Origin: an uncultured Chloroflexota bacterium
GTDB taxonomy: Bacteria; Chloroflexota; UBA11872; VXNJ01
Assembly (NCBI GenBank): GCA_964496475.1
Contig: CAZBZS010000004.1
Coordinates: 11,775 to 75,774 of the forward strand
Direction of reading: 5' to 3'
DNA: 64,000 nucleotides
In this document: one piece after another, positions 8,674 through 18,372 of the stretch
Numbering within the stretch: position 1 is the stretch's first letter
How the letters are laid out: each line of letters opens with the position of its first letter
The notes under the pieces: model-generated
Database searches by the model: none
What the model saw: the letters and a program-made list of their open reading frames with translations, nothing else
Told to the model about the DNA's origin: nothing
Made by a program: the position numbers and the translations under genes

Positions 8674-10416
8674 CTACATCCCCATGCCACCCATGCCACC
8701 CATTTCGGGCGGGCCACCCATGCCACCCATGCCACCCATGCCGCCCATTCCGCCCATTCCGCCCATTCCGCCCATGTCTGGCATTCCCATTCCGCCCCCG
8801 GCCATCTGCTCGGGTGGCAGCGCGGCGGGGGTTACGCTGATGTCGGCGATAAGCACCTCGGTGGTGATGACCATGCCGGCGGAGCTGACGGCGTTGACCA
8901 AGGCCGCGACAGTAACGCCGGCGGCATCCACGACTCCCAGGTCGTAGAGATCGCCGTAGACGCCCTTCCAGGCGTCATAACCGAACCACGGATCGTCGAC
9001 CTCGCGAGTTCGCGAAGCGACTATGGCCGGCACCGCGCCAGAATTCTCGGCGATTTGTCGCAGGGGCCCATCGAGAGCGGCCTTGATCAACCGTGCGCCG
9101 GTCCGCTCATCACCTTCGTAATCATCCAGGTCGATGGCCGCGGCCGCTCGCAACAAGGCGGTTCCGCCGCCGGGGACGATGCCGTCGCTGATAGCGGCCT
9201 TGGTGGTGGAAACGCCGTCTTCGGCCCTTGCCTTGCGCTCGCGTTGCTCGATTTCGGTGGCGGCCCCGATCTCGATAATGCCGACGCCGCCAGTGAGCCG
9301 AGCCAGCCGCTCTTCGAGTTTCTCGCGCTCCCAGTCGGTGTCGGTGAGATCGAGCTGGGTGCGAATGGTATCGCAACGAGCCTCTACGTCGGCGTCGTGG
9401 CCGCGTCCTTCCAGGACGACGGAGGCCTCGCGGTTTGTGGTGACCCGCGAGCACTTTCCAAGCCATTCCACCGGCACATTGTCCCAGCCGACGCCGGTCT
9501 CCTCAGCCACTACCTGGGCGCCGGTAAGGGCGGCGAGGTCCTGCAAGATCGCCTTCATGCGGTCACCAAAAGATGGCGCCTTGATGGCGACGGTGTTCAG
9601 AACACCGCGAAGCTTGTTGAGGACCACGAGCGCCAGCGCATCGCCGGTCAAATCGAGGGCGACGATGAATAAATTTCGTACGCCGGCGGCCATGACCTTC
9701 TCCAGAAACGGCAAAAAATCGTTAGCGCTGCTGATTCGCTTATCGGTCAGCAAAATGGCTGGTTCCTCAAGGATGCCCTCCATACGCTCGGTGTTAGTTA
9801 CGAAATAAGGCGAGAGCCAGCCCTTGTCGAGCTGCATGCCTTCGACAAACCTGGCTGCCAGCGGGACCGAGGTACGGCTGTCGTCGACCATGACCATGCC
9901 GTCATTGCCGACGCGATCCATGATGTCGGCGATGGTGGCGCCAATCTCCTCATCGTTGGCGGCGATGGTGGCGACGCGTTGAATGTCGATTGAATCGGAG
10001 ACCGGGCGGGCCATTTCCCGAATCTGCTCGACGGCGGCGGCTGCGGCGCGATCCATGCCACGCTTCAGGAACATTGGATTGGCGCCGGCGGCGATGTTCC
10101 GCAGACCCTCATTGGCGATGGACCGCGTCAGGACAACCGAGGTGGTGGTTCCGTCGCCGACACTGTCGCCGGTCCGCTTGGCGGCTTCCTTGACGATTTG
10201 AAGTCCCACGTTTTCGTAGGGGTTCTCATAGCTCTCGCCGAACTGGTCGGCGATGAGATCACCGTCGTTGGTAACCCGGGGGGAGCCGAAGCGCCCGTAC
10301 ATGACGTTGCGGCCATGTGGGCCCAAGGTGGCGCCGATAATGTCGCCAATAAGCTCGACACCGCCGGACAGGGCCGCCCGCGCGGCGTCGTTGAAGACAA
10401 TCCCTCTATTTGGCAT
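8674..10416 (-). CDS. groEL: chaperonin GroEL (Cpn60)
   Basis: 580 aa. AARAALSGGV...GPHGRNV, DGTTT and the C-terminal GGM tail. Stop is TAG. It follows groES directly. Confidence 0.97.
   Translation of the reverse strand: MPNRGIVFNDAARAALSGGVELIGDIIGATLGPHGRNVMYGRFGSPRVTNDGDLIADQFGESYENPYENVGLQIVKEAAKRTGDSVGDGTTTSVVLTRSIANEGLRNIAAGANPMFLKRGMDRAAAAAVEQIREMARPVSDSIDIQRVATIAANDEEIGATIADIMDRVGNDGMVMVDDSRTSVPLAARFVEGMQLDKGWLSPYFVTNTERMEGILEEPAILLTDKRISSANDFLPFLEKVMAAGVRNLFIVALDLTGDALALVVLNKLRGVLNTVAIKAPSFGDRMKAILQDLAALTGAQVVAEETGVGWDNVPVEWLGKCSRVTTNREASVVLEGRGHDADVEARCDTIRTQLDLTDTDWEREKLEERLARLTGGVGIIEIGAATEIEQRERKARAEDGVSTTKAAISDGIVPGGGTALLRAAAAIDLDDYEGDERTGARLIKAALDGPLRQIAENSGAVPAIVASRTREVDDPWFGYDAWKGVYGDLYDLGVVDAAGVTVAALVNAVSSAGMVITTEVLIADISVTPAALPPEQMAGGGMGMPDMGGMGGMGGMGGMGGMGGMGGPPEMGGMGGMGM
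8677..8805 (-). repeat. coding (GGM)n microsatellite-like tract of the GroEL C-terminus
   Basis: It encodes MAGGGMGMPDMGGMGGMGGMGGMGGMGGMGGPPEMGGMGGMGM. At the DNA level this is iterated CATGCC(A/G)CC units. Confidence 0.9.
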
Positions 10417-10448
10417 CTTAGGTGGCTTTCCTTAGTGCAGCGGACTGG

Positions 10449-10742
10449 CTAGTTCTTGATAACCGCCAGGACGTCCTTCTCGCTGATGATCAGGTAATCG
10501 GTGTCGTTGTACTTGACTTCGGTCCCGGCGTACTTGGCGAAGAGCACCGTCTGACCCTTCTTAATCTCGATCTCCTGGCGCTCGCCGTTGTCCAGGACAC
10601 GTCCAGGGCCGGTGGATATTACTTCGCCCTCCATCGGCTTCTCTCTGGCTGTGTCGGGCAGGACCAATCCGGAGCTCGTCACTTCGTCGCGAGCCTGAGG
10701 CTCCACGACCAATCGGTCTCCAAGAGGCACAATCGTCGTCAC
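10449..10742 (-). CDS. groES: co-chaperonin GroES (Cpn10)
   Basis: 97 aa. [12 protein letters not shown]...[17 protein letters not shown]. Stop is TAG. Confidence 0.97.
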   Translation of the reverse strand: MTTIVPLGDRLVVEPQARDEVTSSGLVLPDTAREKPMEGEVISTGPGRVLDNGERQEIEIKKGQTVLFAKYAGTEVKYNDTDYLIISEKDVLAVIKN

Positions 10743-10834
10743 TATTCCACTCCTCCAACGAAGGGATCAATTCCCCCAGCTGTCTTGATTTATTGGGGGT
10801 GCTGTCGGCGGGGCTTGCTGCACCGCGACTGTGC

Positions 10835-10864
10835 ATAATACCGATCGCGCACCCTTCGTCGCAA
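10835..10864 (-). promoter_or_regulatory. candidate sigma70-type promoter upstream of groES
   Basis: On the minus strand: TTGCGA (10864-10859), an 18-nt spacer, then TATTAT (10840-10835). No CIRCE or HAIR operator was recognisable. Confidence 0.35.
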
Positions 10865-10947
10865 GAGTTGACCAAATTCCCCCCGCCTCAGCCCGAGCAG
10901 AGTGCGGGAAATGGTCGTGGTAGTGGGGCCGGCGAGCCCACTCCTCC

Positions 10948-11748
10948 GTGCTTGATTTCGGACGCGCCGTTAAGCGGGATGCGGCCAGCGCTGAAAATAC
11001 TGGTGATGAGCAACGCACCCCTCAAGTCCTGATGCGGAGCGGCCTCCCCAACATCGCCGCTCGAGTCCGGCAGATCAGTCGCCGGATCGATGTAGTGAAC
11101 CGTGTTCCGGATCGCGCGAGGACAGCGACCCCGAGTCAACTGGCGGTCAATGTGAATGCCGGGGTGGTGAACACGGCTCCGGCGCGATCGGACTTCAAGG
11201 CCATCCTGGAGACGCAACTGGCGCAGGGGCTATTGGGATCGCTGACCGTTTCCGATTCTGAGGACGCCAACGCAGACCTCTTCGCCGGCGTGCTTGGCGG
11301 AGCTTTCGGCGGTGAGGGCGACGGTCTCGATTCCAGCCTGATCGGTCTACTGCCCAGACTGGATGGAAGCGGAAGTGGGACTGTCCTGCCGTACGGGGCA
11401 GGCTTCAAATACAATTTCTTCAGAGACTTGGAAGTGACATCGCCGTTTGGGCCGCGGGAATTCAGCGGCGTCACCGAGAAACACAAAGGCCTCGACCTGG
11501 CGCTGCCGCTGGGCACACTTCTCCCGGCGATCGGTGCCGGACGGATCACGGAAGTGGCGGAGGATGACGTGTTCGGGCGGTACGTAACCTGCCAGCTGGA
11601 TTCGGGCGAGGTAATCCGCTACGCCCACTCGAAATCGGACGCCCCGCTCCTGGTGACGGATGGCCAGCGAATCTCCTCGGGACAGACGGTGGGGATGTCA
11701 GGAAATAGCGGTCGCTCAACAGGTCCGCACCTGCACATCTCGGTGTAG
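10948..11748 (+). CDS. M23 family metallopeptidase (LytM domain); start uncertain
   Basis: The C-terminal half has HKGLDLALPLGT...YAHS...GNSGRSTGPHLH, i.e. the HxxxD and HxH motifs. The true start is probably downstream of 10948. Confidence 0.8.
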   Translation: MLDFGRAVKRDAASAENTGDEQRTPQVLMRSGLPNIAARVRQISRRIDVVNRVPDRARTATPSQLAVNVNAGVVNTAPARSDFKAILETQLAQGLLGSLTVSDSEDANADLFAGVLGGAFGGEGDGLDSSLIGLLPRLDGSGSGTVLPYGAGFKYNFFRDLEVTSPFGPREFSGVTEKHKGLDLALPLGTLLPAIGAGRITEVAEDDVFGRYVTCQLDSGEVIRYAHSKSDAPLLVTDGQRISSGQTVGMSGNSGRSTGPHLHISV

Positions 11749-11943
11749 TTTGGCGGGAATTATGTGGATCCGCAGACGTTCCTGTGGCGGTTGCCGTGAG
11801 CGCGGCCACGAAAATAGAAACTTGGCGCCGAGGCGTGTTGGTCTCAAGCCAGCCACGGCTCCTGCCGAACATTGGACCGTACCACCGGCGGATCCCGCCA
11901 GATTTACTACGCCGCTCCGCCTCCGTGAGGTGAATCGAAAACC

Positions 11944-12652
11944 ATGAGCTCATCGACCATCGTTCAGACCCTATCGACGCTTACGGCCGCGCAACGTGAC
12001 GGCTACCCGACGCCGGGAGTCGGAGATGGGTCGTTTGATGAGGCCATCCGCGATGCGGTTCGATCCAACCGGGGGGGGCATCAGCCTTGATAACTATGCG
12101 CGATTCTCCACCGAGCGCGGTCGCTCGCTAACGACTGTTGTGAATTCTGGCGGCGCCGTGAATGCGTCGCTGGTCGCGGATCAAGCTGACGCCGATCCCG
12201 TCGAGACGGTCCCCGTGACCGCGGCGCTCACGCCGGAAGCGGCGGTCGAATCTGAAAATCCCGAACCGGCACCGGAAGCTGCCGCCGCACCGATGACAAA
12301 TCGTGAGCGTTTTGGCGATCTGTGCTCCAGCAGCAATCTAGGGGTTGTCTGGGACGCGGATGGCGACGAGCGCCGCATGCCAGGTGGCGGCAATCCGGAC
12401 GAGATCACCAACCCTATCTACGAGCTGAAGGCGCTGGGTGTCAATGACGCGGAGCGATTCTGGAGGGGCAGGACCAACGGCGGTGAAGATCACCTGACCG
12501 GGTTCATTCTGTTCAACCAGTTGAAATTCTCGGCAATGCGATCCGGAAAGCAACTGCTGACACCGGCCGAGTATCGGCCCATAGGCGCGGATTTGTTCAC
12601 GCGGGGAATCCAGCCAGATAAATTCCCGGATGAATACCTGTTCGGGAGCTAA
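11944..12652 (+). pseudogene. hypothetical protein split by a +1 frameshift in a G8 tract
   Basis: The ATG at 11944 reads MSSSTIVQTLSTLTAAQRDGYPTPGVGDGSFDEAIRDAVRSNRGG and stops at 12088. The 11996-12652 ORF continues GGISLDNYARF... in the next frame. Removing one G from G8 (12071-12078) gives one 235-aa ORF. Confidence 0.55.
12071..12078 (+). repeat. G8 homopolymer at the frameshift site
   Basis: Read directly: ccaaccGGGGGGGGcatc. Confidence 0.95.
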
Positions 12653-12835
12653 TTCGCCTCGGGTAATTTGGCGGAGCGACGGGTGCGCGCAAACCCCGCG
12701 GCGGTCGGCATATAGCCTTCTACGGCCCTCAGCACGAGTCCCTGTGGGTTGAGCGATCGTCGCCGTCGCTGGCGGTTGGGGAACGATGCTTCAGAATGGG
12801 ACCGGCAAAGTTCATTAGATACTGAGTAGTGCTCC

Positions 12836-14020
12836 ATGACCCGTCCTCACGTCTCGCTGTTGATTGGAATTCAATTCGCGGGATTCTCGCTTGCGGGCTT
12901 CCTCTTTCCGTTTTTACCGTTATACGTTCAGGAATTGGGAGTTTGGCCGCTTTCCGCAGTGATTCTGTGGGCTGGGATTCTGGCGGCGGCAGGCTCGGTC
13001 GGGCTGACGTTTTCGGGCTTTCTCTGGTCCAGGCTGGGGCACTGGTTCGGGCTGCGAGCGACACTGGTGCGGGCGTTGATCGGGCTCGGGCTAGCCGCAA
13101 TCTTGATGGGAATTGCCGCTGAGGTGTGGCAGTTATTACTTATCAGGATCGTGCACGGGGTGCTTGGCAGCGTGGGGGCGGTGGTGGTGGCGGTCGTCAC
13201 GGCGGCGATCCCGCGCGAGGGACGCGCCAGCGTGCTTGGCTGGCTGCAAGTTTCGATGCTTGCGGGAAGCGTAACCGGCCCGGTGCTGGGAGGGCTGGTG
13301 CTCTACTGGTTTGGATTTCCGTTGCTGTTTGGTTTGGCGGGGGGGGGCGCGCTGGCGCTGGCGATCTTCGCGTTCGCGGCGTTGCCGGCTATTCCTGCGG
13401 CGCCGGTTGAGGATGGGGAAGCCCCGGCGACCCCGGATCAAGGCATCGGGCGCGATCCGCGGGCGCTATCGCTGGCCGTCTACTTTCTTGCCCTACAGGC
13501 CGCGGCGATGATGACGGGCGGGCTGCTGGTTCTTTACGTACAGGAGCTTGGTGCGGGGACGGCGACGGCCCCCATCACCGGATTGGTAATAGGGTCGTCG
13601 GGCGCGCTGGCCGGGCTGGCGGCCCTGTTCGCGGCCCGGAGGCGGGGTCGGCTGATGTCGGCGGAAGGGATCGGAGTGACGAGCGCGCTGTTGGGTCTGC
13701 TGCTGCTGGCTCAGGGTGTATCGACGGCACTTGGCTTGGTGTGGCTGTTTCGGCTCGGCCAGGGTCTGACGACGGGACTGCTGCGGCCAGCGGCGCAGGC
13801 GAGCGTGCAACGACTGGTGGACCCGGACAAACGCCGGGCCGCATATCGACTGGTGGCCAGGGCATCGACGGCGGGATCGATCGGGGGCGCGATCTTGGGC
13901 GGCGTGGTGGGTGCGGGCATCGGCTTATCCACGGTGTTCGCGGCGGGGGGCGCGGTGCTGCTGGTCGGGACCGCTACCGCGGGAATTTTTTTGCGGGTGC
14001 AAGGGCGCCAAGCCCGCTGA
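12836..14020 (+). CDS. MFS transporter
   Basis: 394 aa with about 12 hydrophobic segments and an MFS-type loop (RLGHWFGLRATL). Confidence 0.85.
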   Translation: MTRPHVSLLIGIQFAGFSLAGFLFPFLPLYVQELGVWPLSAVILWAGILAAAGSVGLTFSGFLWSRLGHWFGLRATLVRALIGLGLAAILMGIAAEVWQLLLIRIVHGVLGSVGAVVVAVVTAAIPREGRASVLGWLQVSMLAGSVTGPVLGGLVLYWFGFPLLFGLAGGGALALAIFAFAALPAIPAAPVEDGEAPATPDQGIGRDPRALSLAVYFLALQAAAMMTGGLLVLYVQELGAGTATAPITGLVIGSSGALAGLAALFAARRRGRLMSAEGIGVTSALLGLLLLAQGVSTALGLVWLFRLGQGLTTGLLRPAAQASVQRLVDPDKRRAAYRLVARASTAGSIGGAILGGVVGAGIGLSTVFAAGGAVLLVGTATAGIFLRVQGRQAR

Positions 14021-14107
14021 CGACAGGTCGCACGGTGCCCTCCAAGAATCCGTCGTTCACTTCAGGGGGTTTACAAGCGGTGTTAACATAATGCCCTTGG
14101 CGCGGTA

Positions 14108-14872
14108 ATGACAGATGCGGCAGCGGGGGGGTCCTCCGTCGCCCGAGTGCGCCGGCGATCGTCCGGAAAATGCCGCCAGCGACGAACCAGCCAAACCGAT
14201 TTGCGTGCTAAAACGCCCCAAGGAGCGGAAACTACGAAAATTCACGACATCAGTATCAGCATCGGCCCGATGACCCCGCTGTGGCCCGACGATCCCGAAA
14301 TCGTGCTGGAGCCGGCAACACGTGTTGCGAATGGCGACCGAGCCAACATCACGCTACTGCAGATGGGAACTCATTCGGGGACCCACGTTGAACCGCCGGC
14401 GCACTTTTTCGACGGTACGGCGACCATTGACCGTCTCGATCTAAGTTTGCTGTGCGGCCCGGCGTACGTGGCCGAGTTGAGCGCGCCGGATCGCATCGGC
14501 CGCGAGCATCTGGACGCGGCCAAGATCCCGCCGGGGGTGCGACGTTTGTTGTTGAGGACGAGCAACTCGGACAAGAATCTGTTGTCCAATCGCGATTTCG
14601 AGGAGAAATACGTCAGTCTCTCTCCGGAAGGCGCCCGCTGGGTGGTAGATCGGGGAGTGCAGTTGATCGGGATCGACTATCTGTCGGTGGAAGCCTTCAA
14701 CTACGCCAATCAGGACACGCATCGCGTGTTGCTCGGAAACCGGCTCGTGATTTTGGAGGGAATCGATCTCTCCCAGATCGGAGCGGGGCCTTACAACCTG
14801 TTCTGCCTGCCGCTTAAGGTCGCCCGAGGCGACGGCGCCCCGGCGCGAGCGGTCCTGGTAGAGGACTTGTAG
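14108..14872 (+). CDS. cyclase family protein (kynurenine formamidase-like); start uncertain
   Basis: HSGTHVEPPAHF matches the HxGTHxDxPxH cyclase motif. The first 42 codons are Arg-rich and non-protein-like. AAGGAG at 14220-14225 sits 8 nt before an in-frame ACG (14234). Confidence 0.8.
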   Translation: MTDAAAGGSSVARVRRRSSGKCRQRRTSQTDLRAKTPQGAETTKIHDISISIGPMTPLWPDDPEIVLEPATRVANGDRANITLLQMGTHSGTHVEPPAHFFDGTATIDRLDLSLLCGPAYVAELSAPDRIGREHLDAAKIPPGVRRLLLRTSNSDKNLLSNRDFEEKYVSLSPEGARWVVDRGVQLIGIDYLSVEAFNYANQDTHRVLLGNRLVILEGIDLSQIGAGPYNLFCLPLKVARGDGAPARAVLVEDL

Positions 14873-14875
14873 CGC

Positions 14876-15832
14876 TTGGTCGGCTCGGCGGACAGAGACG
14901 GTGCTGCCGTTGAGCCCGGCGCGGCCCTGGATTTCAAGGCCGAGATCGCACGGTTTCTGGATTATTTGCGGCGATCGCGGGGGCTCTCTCGAAACACGCT
15001 GGCGGCCTATGGTAATGACCTCGGGCAGTTCGCGAAATTTCTGGGTCAACAAGGGGCGTCGAGTTGGGACGTGCCGGCCAGCACGATCTCGGCATTCTTG
15101 GAGATGTTGGTTGGGCGCGAATACGCCCCGTCATCCCAGGCTCGGAAATTAGCGGCAATAAAGGCGATGTATCGATACCTGGTGTCGGTGAACGCGGTGG
15201 CGCATGATCCGAGCAAGGGCATCGGTGGGGCCCGGGTCGTCAAGCAACGTCCGAATATAATTTCGGTGGGAGAGGTGGACCGGCTACTGGCGGCGGCAGC
15301 CGCTAGCTCATCGCCGGAGGGCTACCGGGACAGCGGCATGCTGGAACTGCTGTACGCGACCGGGATGCGGGTGAGCGAGATCGTGGCTCTCAATGACATC
15401 GACCTAGACATTCGGAACCTGCGGGTCATCTGTGGTAAGGGCACCAACCGGGAACGGCAAATCCCGTTCGGCCCGAGAGTCGTGCAGGCGCTGGGGAGTT
15501 ACCTCAACCAGGCCCGGAACAAATTACTGGGCGGGCGGCAGGCCTCCGCCCTGTTTCTTAATCATCGAGGTCGAAGACTGACGCGGCAGGGGTTCTGGCT
15601 CATCATCAAGGGGCATGCTCGGGAAGCGGGAATCTCAAACTTGATAACCCCACACACCCTGCGGCATTCGTTCGCCACCCATCAATTGCGCAATGATGGG
15701 ACGATCCCGGAGGTTCAGTCGGTGCTGGGTCATGCCAGTCCGGCGACGACCCAGGTATACTTGGAACTTGCGCGGGAATCGGGAGGCATCAGCGGACCGT
15801 TGCCGGGCTCCCAACCCCGTTCCTCCGACTGA
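14876..15832 (+). CDS. tyrosine recombinase, XerC/XerD family
   Basis: 318 aa. N-terminal SAM-like domain (ARFLDYLRRSRGLSRNTLAAYGNDL). C-terminal catalytic region HTLRHSFATHQL...LGHASPATTQVY. Confidence 0.9.
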   Translation: MVGSADRDGAAVEPGAALDFKAEIARFLDYLRRSRGLSRNTLAAYGNDLGQFAKFLGQQGASSWDVPASTISAFLEMLVGREYAPSSQARKLAAIKAMYRYLVSVNAVAHDPSKGIGGARVVKQRPNIISVGEVDRLLAAAAASSSPEGYRDSGMLELLYATGMRVSEIVALNDIDLDIRNLRVICGKGTNRERQIPFGPRVVQALGSYLNQARNKLLGGRQASALFLNHRGRRLTRQGFWLIIKGHAREAGISNLITPHTLRHSFATHQLRNDGTIPEVQSVLGHASPATTQVYLELARESGGISGPLPGSQPRSSD

Positions 15833-15842
15833 ATAGACGCGG

Positions 15843-16691
15843 GTGAGCGTCCGGCCGAAGGCCGATTACCCGGCTGAGGTTCTGGTAGCCGCCGAATTCA
15901 TTGCTGGCAGGTGCACGGACTCGCCGCGACTCGGGGTGGTGCTTGGCAGCGGTATCGGTGCGGCTGGTGATGGCTGGGACATCGGGGGTTGCATTCAGTA
16001 CGCGGACATTCCCAACTTCCCGACGAGCTCGGTGGCCGGACACGCCGGTGAATTGCTGACAGGCCGGATTGGCGAGACGCCGGCGTTGATCATGAGCGGA
16101 CGCTCACACTTCTACGAATCCGGCTCGATGGCCCAGCTTGCGTTTGCGATTCGCAGCCTGTGCGCGTGTGACATCAACGCTCTGATTCTCACCAACTCCG
16201 CGGGAGCGGTGTCAAGCGGGGTAGAACCGGGCGCGGTGATGCTTATTGAGGACCACATATGCCTGCCGGCACTCACCGGACTGGGTCCGTTGGTGGGGCC
16301 AAATGTCGGGCCGGGACCGCGGTTTCCATCGATGGTGGGTGCTTACGACAACGGGCTGCTGGAGCTGGCGGCCGGGGCTGCCTCTGACCTCGAGATCGAT
16401 GTCGTGAGCGGTGTCTACGCGATGGTCGGCGGTCCGAATTATGAAACTCCGGCCGAGGTGCGACTGCTAGAGACGATCGGGGTGGACGCGGTGGGCATGA
16501 GCACGGCTGCCGAGGCGATTGTGGCCACGCACTGCGGGGTGCGGGTGCTGGGGATTTCGGTCATCACCAATAGGGCCGGGGTCCAGATGGAGGATGATGA
16601 GCACGAGACAGTCCTACGGTTGGCCGGGCGCGCAGCCAAGGACGTGGCCGGCCTAATCGAGGTCGTCGCCTTGCGGATCGGAGCCGGTTAG
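15843..16691 (+). CDS. purine nucleoside phosphorylase (PNP/MTAP family)
   Basis: 282 aa. GRSHFYESG, VGGPNYETPAE and GMSTAAEAIVATHCG motifs. Confidence 0.85.
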   Translation: MSVRPKADYPAEVLVAAEFIAGRCTDSPRLGVVLGSGIGAAGDGWDIGGCIQYADIPNFPTSSVAGHAGELLTGRIGETPALIMSGRSHFYESGSMAQLAFAIRSLCACDINALILTNSAGAVSSGVEPGAVMLIEDHICLPALTGLGPLVGPNVGPGPRFPSMVGAYDNGLLELAAGAASDLEIDVVSGVYAMVGGPNYETPAEVRLLETIGVDAVGMSTAAEAIVATHCGVRVLGISVITNRAGVQMEDDEHETVLRLAGRAAKDVAGLIEVVALRIGAG

Positions 16692-17371
16692 GAGCGCAGG
16701 CGCCAGAGCTGGCGCAGGTAGTTCCAGGCTTCGCGGAGGCCGGCCTTGCTCTGTTCGGCGTGGCGCCGTTCGAACGCGAAGGGAATGTCCGCGACATCGC
16801 GCGCATGGCCCCGCACCAGGATTTCCAGCAAGATCTTGTAACCCAACGGTCGCAGATGGGCGTTCTCGATCACCGAGCGCTTGAAAAGGAAATACCCGCT
16901 GAGCGGATCGGAGGTGACCTTCGTCACGGGCAGGAGGAGGTATGCGGCCAGCCGGGTGACCTTGCTGGCGAGACGCCGTTGCGGTCCGGAAAGGCCGGAA
17001 TCCCATCCCCCCGGCGCGTAACGGCTGGCTACGACCAAATCCGCACCGCCCTGCAGCCGTTCCAACAGCCGGGGGAGTATCTCCGGCGGATGCTGGAGGT
17101 CGCCGTCCATGACCGCGAGGGTGTCGGTGGTGACCATGGGCAGGGCGGCGACGACGGCGGAAGCGAGCCCGCGCCCGGCCTCGCGATAGGACAGGCGAAT
17201 TCGGGGATCGGCGTCGGAGGCCCGCCGGATGATGTCGGTGGTGGCGTCGGCGCTGTCGTCGGCGAACACGATCTGGTAGTCGATCCCGGTCAACGCCCGG
17301 TCGATGGCGGCAATGAGCGGCTCGATGTTGTCGGCCTCGTTAAAGGTTGGGACTATGACGGACAGGTGCAT
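16688..17371 (-). CDS. GT2 polyprenyl-phosphate glycosyltransferase (Dpm1/Ppm1-like)
   Basis: 227 aa. VIVPTFNEADNI, FADDSADAT and MDGDLQHPPE (DxD) motifs. Confidence 0.85.
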   Translation of the reverse strand: MHLSVIVPTFNEADNIEPLIAAIDRALTGIDYQIVFADDSADATTDIIRRASDADPRIRLSYREAGRGLASAVVAALPMVTTDTLAVMDGDLQHPPEILPRLLERLQGGADLVVASRYAPGGWDSGLSGPQRRLASKVTRLAAYLLLPVTKVTSDPLSGYFLFKRSVIENAHLRPLGYKILLEILVRGHARDVADIPFAFERRHAEQSKAGLREAWNYLRQLWRLRS

Positions 17372-17516
17372 GATTCTCTACCCTAGATGGGGGCAAATTA
17401 TTGGGTGTGACGTTACTGACGAAGACGGGAGTGGTTGGGGTGGGATCGACCTCCCATCTTCTCCTAAAAACGGATAGTGTCGGCGAGATTCGCCAAGCCG
17501 ACTGGAGCAGCAGACT

Positions 17517-18011
17517 GTGAAGGCAGTGATCATGGCAGGCGGGGAAGGTTCCCGCTTGAGACCGCTCACCGCGAATCGTCCCAAGCCGATGGTGCTGGTG
17601 GCGAATCTGCCGGCGATGGAGCACATTATTCTGCGTTCTGTGGAAACACGGAATTCGTGAGGTCGTGGCCACGGTCTACTACGAAGCCTGGGTCATACAA
17701 GATTACTGCCGTGACGGTCGGTATTTTGACATGCGGCTGCACTATGCGGTGGAGGATAAACCGCTGGGCACGGCGGAGAGCGTGCGCCTAGCCAGGGAAA
17801 TACTGGATGAGACTTTCTTGGTCGTAAGCGGAGACGCAGTCACCAACTTCGAACTTAACCGGGTGGTCGAATTCCACAGAGCTCGGGATGCGGCCGCGAC
17901 TCTGACGCTGTACCGGGTTGAGAATCCGCTGGAGTACGGCGCTGTGGTGACGGACGACGACGGCCGGCTGCTCCGGTTTCAGGAGACACCGACGTGGGGC
18001 GAAGTGCTGAG
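17517..18011 (+). pseudogene. sugar-1-phosphate nucleotidyltransferase (mannose-1-P guanylyltransferase-like), frameshifted and 3'-truncated
   Basis: The GTG at 17517 gives VKAVIMAGGEGSRLRPLTANRPKPMVLVANLPAMEHIIL, then stops. The sequence continues in another frame as KHGIREVVATVYYEAWVIQDY...LRFQETPTWGEVLSD and breaks off where homologues continue. The frameshift is near 17632-17643. Confidence 0.7.
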
Positions 18012-18315
18012 CGACCGCGCCGCAAACGTCCCCCGGGCAGCAAATCGACGGCGGCGTTGCACTATGAGATCGGAGGCGAAGCCCCCCGAGTGGTGGCCTC
18101 CGGCCACGGTTTTATCGCTGAAAAATATCATCGCGCTGGCAAAAGAGCACGGCCTGAAGATTCATGAGGATCCGGACCTGGCACAGGTTCTGGCGGAGCT
18201 CGACCTTGGGTCGGTGATCCCACTGGAGATCTACCAAGTGGTAGCCGAAGTTCTGGCTTATGTCTACCGGGCGAATGCGTCGGCAGACCGGCTACCCGCC
18301 GCGTCTTCAAGGTAA
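17994..18315 (+). pseudogene. FlhB C-terminal-like (EscU/YscU-type) small protein, frameshifted
   Basis: AGGAGA lies 7 nt before the GTG at 17994. Translation ...STAALHYEIGGEAPRVVASGHGFIAE shifts frame at an A5 run (18121-18125) into NIIALAKEHGLKIHEDPDLAQVLAELDLGSVIPLEIYQVVAEVLAYVY. The length is 322 nt, which is 3n+1. Confidence 0.65.
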
Positions 18316-18372
18316 CCAGAATCTCGCCGCTTTCGCAGTATCGTCGCTGCGCCGCTCCCGGCCGCGTTTGCC

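Noticed and set aside
8677-8805. Short tandem repeats as a possible CRISPR array or minisatellite
   Set aside because: The 9-nt iterations are the in-frame GGM tail of GroEL. There are no spacers and no cas genes.
10743-10947. CIRCE (HrcA) or HAIR (HspR) operator upstream of groES
   Set aside because: The only palindrome is TGCAC-N7-GTGCA. It matches neither TTAGCACTC-N9-GAGTGCTAA nor CTTGAGT-N7-ACTCAAG.
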